A stretch of DNA of 58,786 nucleotides, counting the filler, from Trypethelium eluteriae (lineage: Eukaryota): assembly GCA_051942245.1 (NCBI GenBank). It is 2 parts of 2 records of this genome, joined end to end, with 100 filler letters (N's around TTAATTAATTAA, not from the genome) between each part and the next. Parts side by side here need not be neighbours in the genome. Positions count along the whole stretch, not along the records: positions 29,456 to 58,786 come from JAVECL010000295.1; 1 more part is not named here. One strand, given 5' to 3'. Under the pieces are notes generated by a model that saw nothing but the letters and a program-made list of their open reading frames with translations, searched no databases and was not told the DNA's origin. This document shows positions 57,621-58,786 of the stretch, piece after piece. The position numbers and the translations under genes are program-made. Position 1 is the stretch's first letter. Each line of letters begins with the position of its first letter.

Positions 57621-58786
57621 ATGTCCAATACTGTCCTTTCTGCTTCGGCAAAAGGAGCAACATTCCTCATCCTTCTGCAGATTGGTTCTAGGGCCCTGAC
57701 TTTTGGTGTCAATCAATTCATTCTCCGTTACCTGTCTCCAGAGATTCTTGGTGGTGCCGTTCAGCTCGAATTGTTCTCCATTACTGTGCTATACTTCGCG
57801 AGAGAAAGTCTTCGTGTTGCATTGCAGCGACAGCAAGATGGCGTGCAAGCAGTCATTAATCTGGCATATTTAGCAGTTCTCCTTGGGGCTCCCCTATCTT
57901 TCTTTCTCGCATTTCTGTATCTCCGGTCTGAACTTCCAAACATTGTATACTTTGCGGACGCCATCAAAGTCTATGCAGTGGCGTCTGTGATCGAGTTACT
58001 TTCAGAGCCAGGGTTCGCGGCTGCGTCGCAAAAGATGCTCTACAAAGTCAGAGCGTCTGCAGAAGGCTTCGCCGCCCTGGCTCGAACAGCAGTCACTTGT
58101 GGCTCTGTCATTTTGGCTCATCGCGCAGGGACCGACGTGGGCGTCATGCCTTTTGCAAATGGACAGCTTGCGTTCGCCATGGGGCTACTCGTGAGCTATT
58201 TGTACCTTCTCCAGCCTACAGATACCGAAAAAAGATTCTCCCTTCTACCAAAGAAGATGCAAAATAGGTGCGTGAATAGCCAGTACTATAGGTTGGATCC
58301 ACCAAGCTGTTCATCCTTGCTAAGTCTCAGATTATAGCAAGGAGACCCACTACATCCTCTCCTACTTCTCTCGACCCCTCTGCAACCTGACCTTCAGCCT
58401 CCTCCTCCAATCCACCCTAAAGTACCTTCTCACCCAAGGCGACTCCATCCTGCTCACCACCCTCGCCTCCCTCTCAGACCAAGGCGCCTACGCCCTCGCC
58501 TCCAACTACGGCGGCCTCATCGCCCGCATGGTCTTCCAACCCATCGAAGAAAGCAGCCGCAACCTCTTCGCCCGACTCTGCGCCCCTGCTCCACCTCCAC
58601 CTCCACCTCCACCTCCTTCTTCCTCCGCCTCCCCCTCATCAAAAGCATCCTCCACAAGCCCTCCCTCTGAGCCCAGAACATCCTCAGACGCAGCCCATTC
58701 CTCGCTCATCCAAGCCCACAAAACCCTCACCACAATCATCCACCTCTACCTCCTCATCTCCCTGCCCCTCGTCATCCTCGCTCCCC
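57621..58786 (+). CDS. RFT1: Rft1 lipid-linked oligosaccharide translocation protein, 3' end beyond the window
   Basis: [40 protein letters not shown]. After intron ~58268-58337: [36 protein letters not shown]. Confidence 0.93.

Overview
Intron-containing genomic DNA of a filamentous ascomycete (Pezizomycotina, inferred from GT..CTRAC..YAG introns of about 50 nt, a Zn2Cys6 factor and the gene content). The window runs from a kinesin-8 gene (cut by the left edge) to RFT1 (cut by the right edge). An N-gap with an artificial TTAATTAATTAA linker lies at 29356-29455. The segment 4.1-27.3 kb looks accessory: four copies of a ~181-bp TA-flanked MITE, three divergent BTB/POZ genes each next to a MITE, three pseudogenes (alpha/beta hydrolase, beta-lactamase-family hydrolase, Zn2Cys6 TF), an FAD oxidoreductase, a valyl-tRNA synthetase and an Smr-domain gene with a putative tail anchor. 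The right half carries ordinary metabolic and secreted-protein genes. The most striking observation is a minus-strand tRNA-Ser(AGA) gene (47776-47935). It has a normal 15-nt anticodon-loop intron and also a 64-nt insert in the variable arm with spliceosomal-intron signals (GTGAGT...TTAAC...TAG), whose exact removal restores a complete cloverleaf. All family assignments are from manual motif recognition; no database searches were run.
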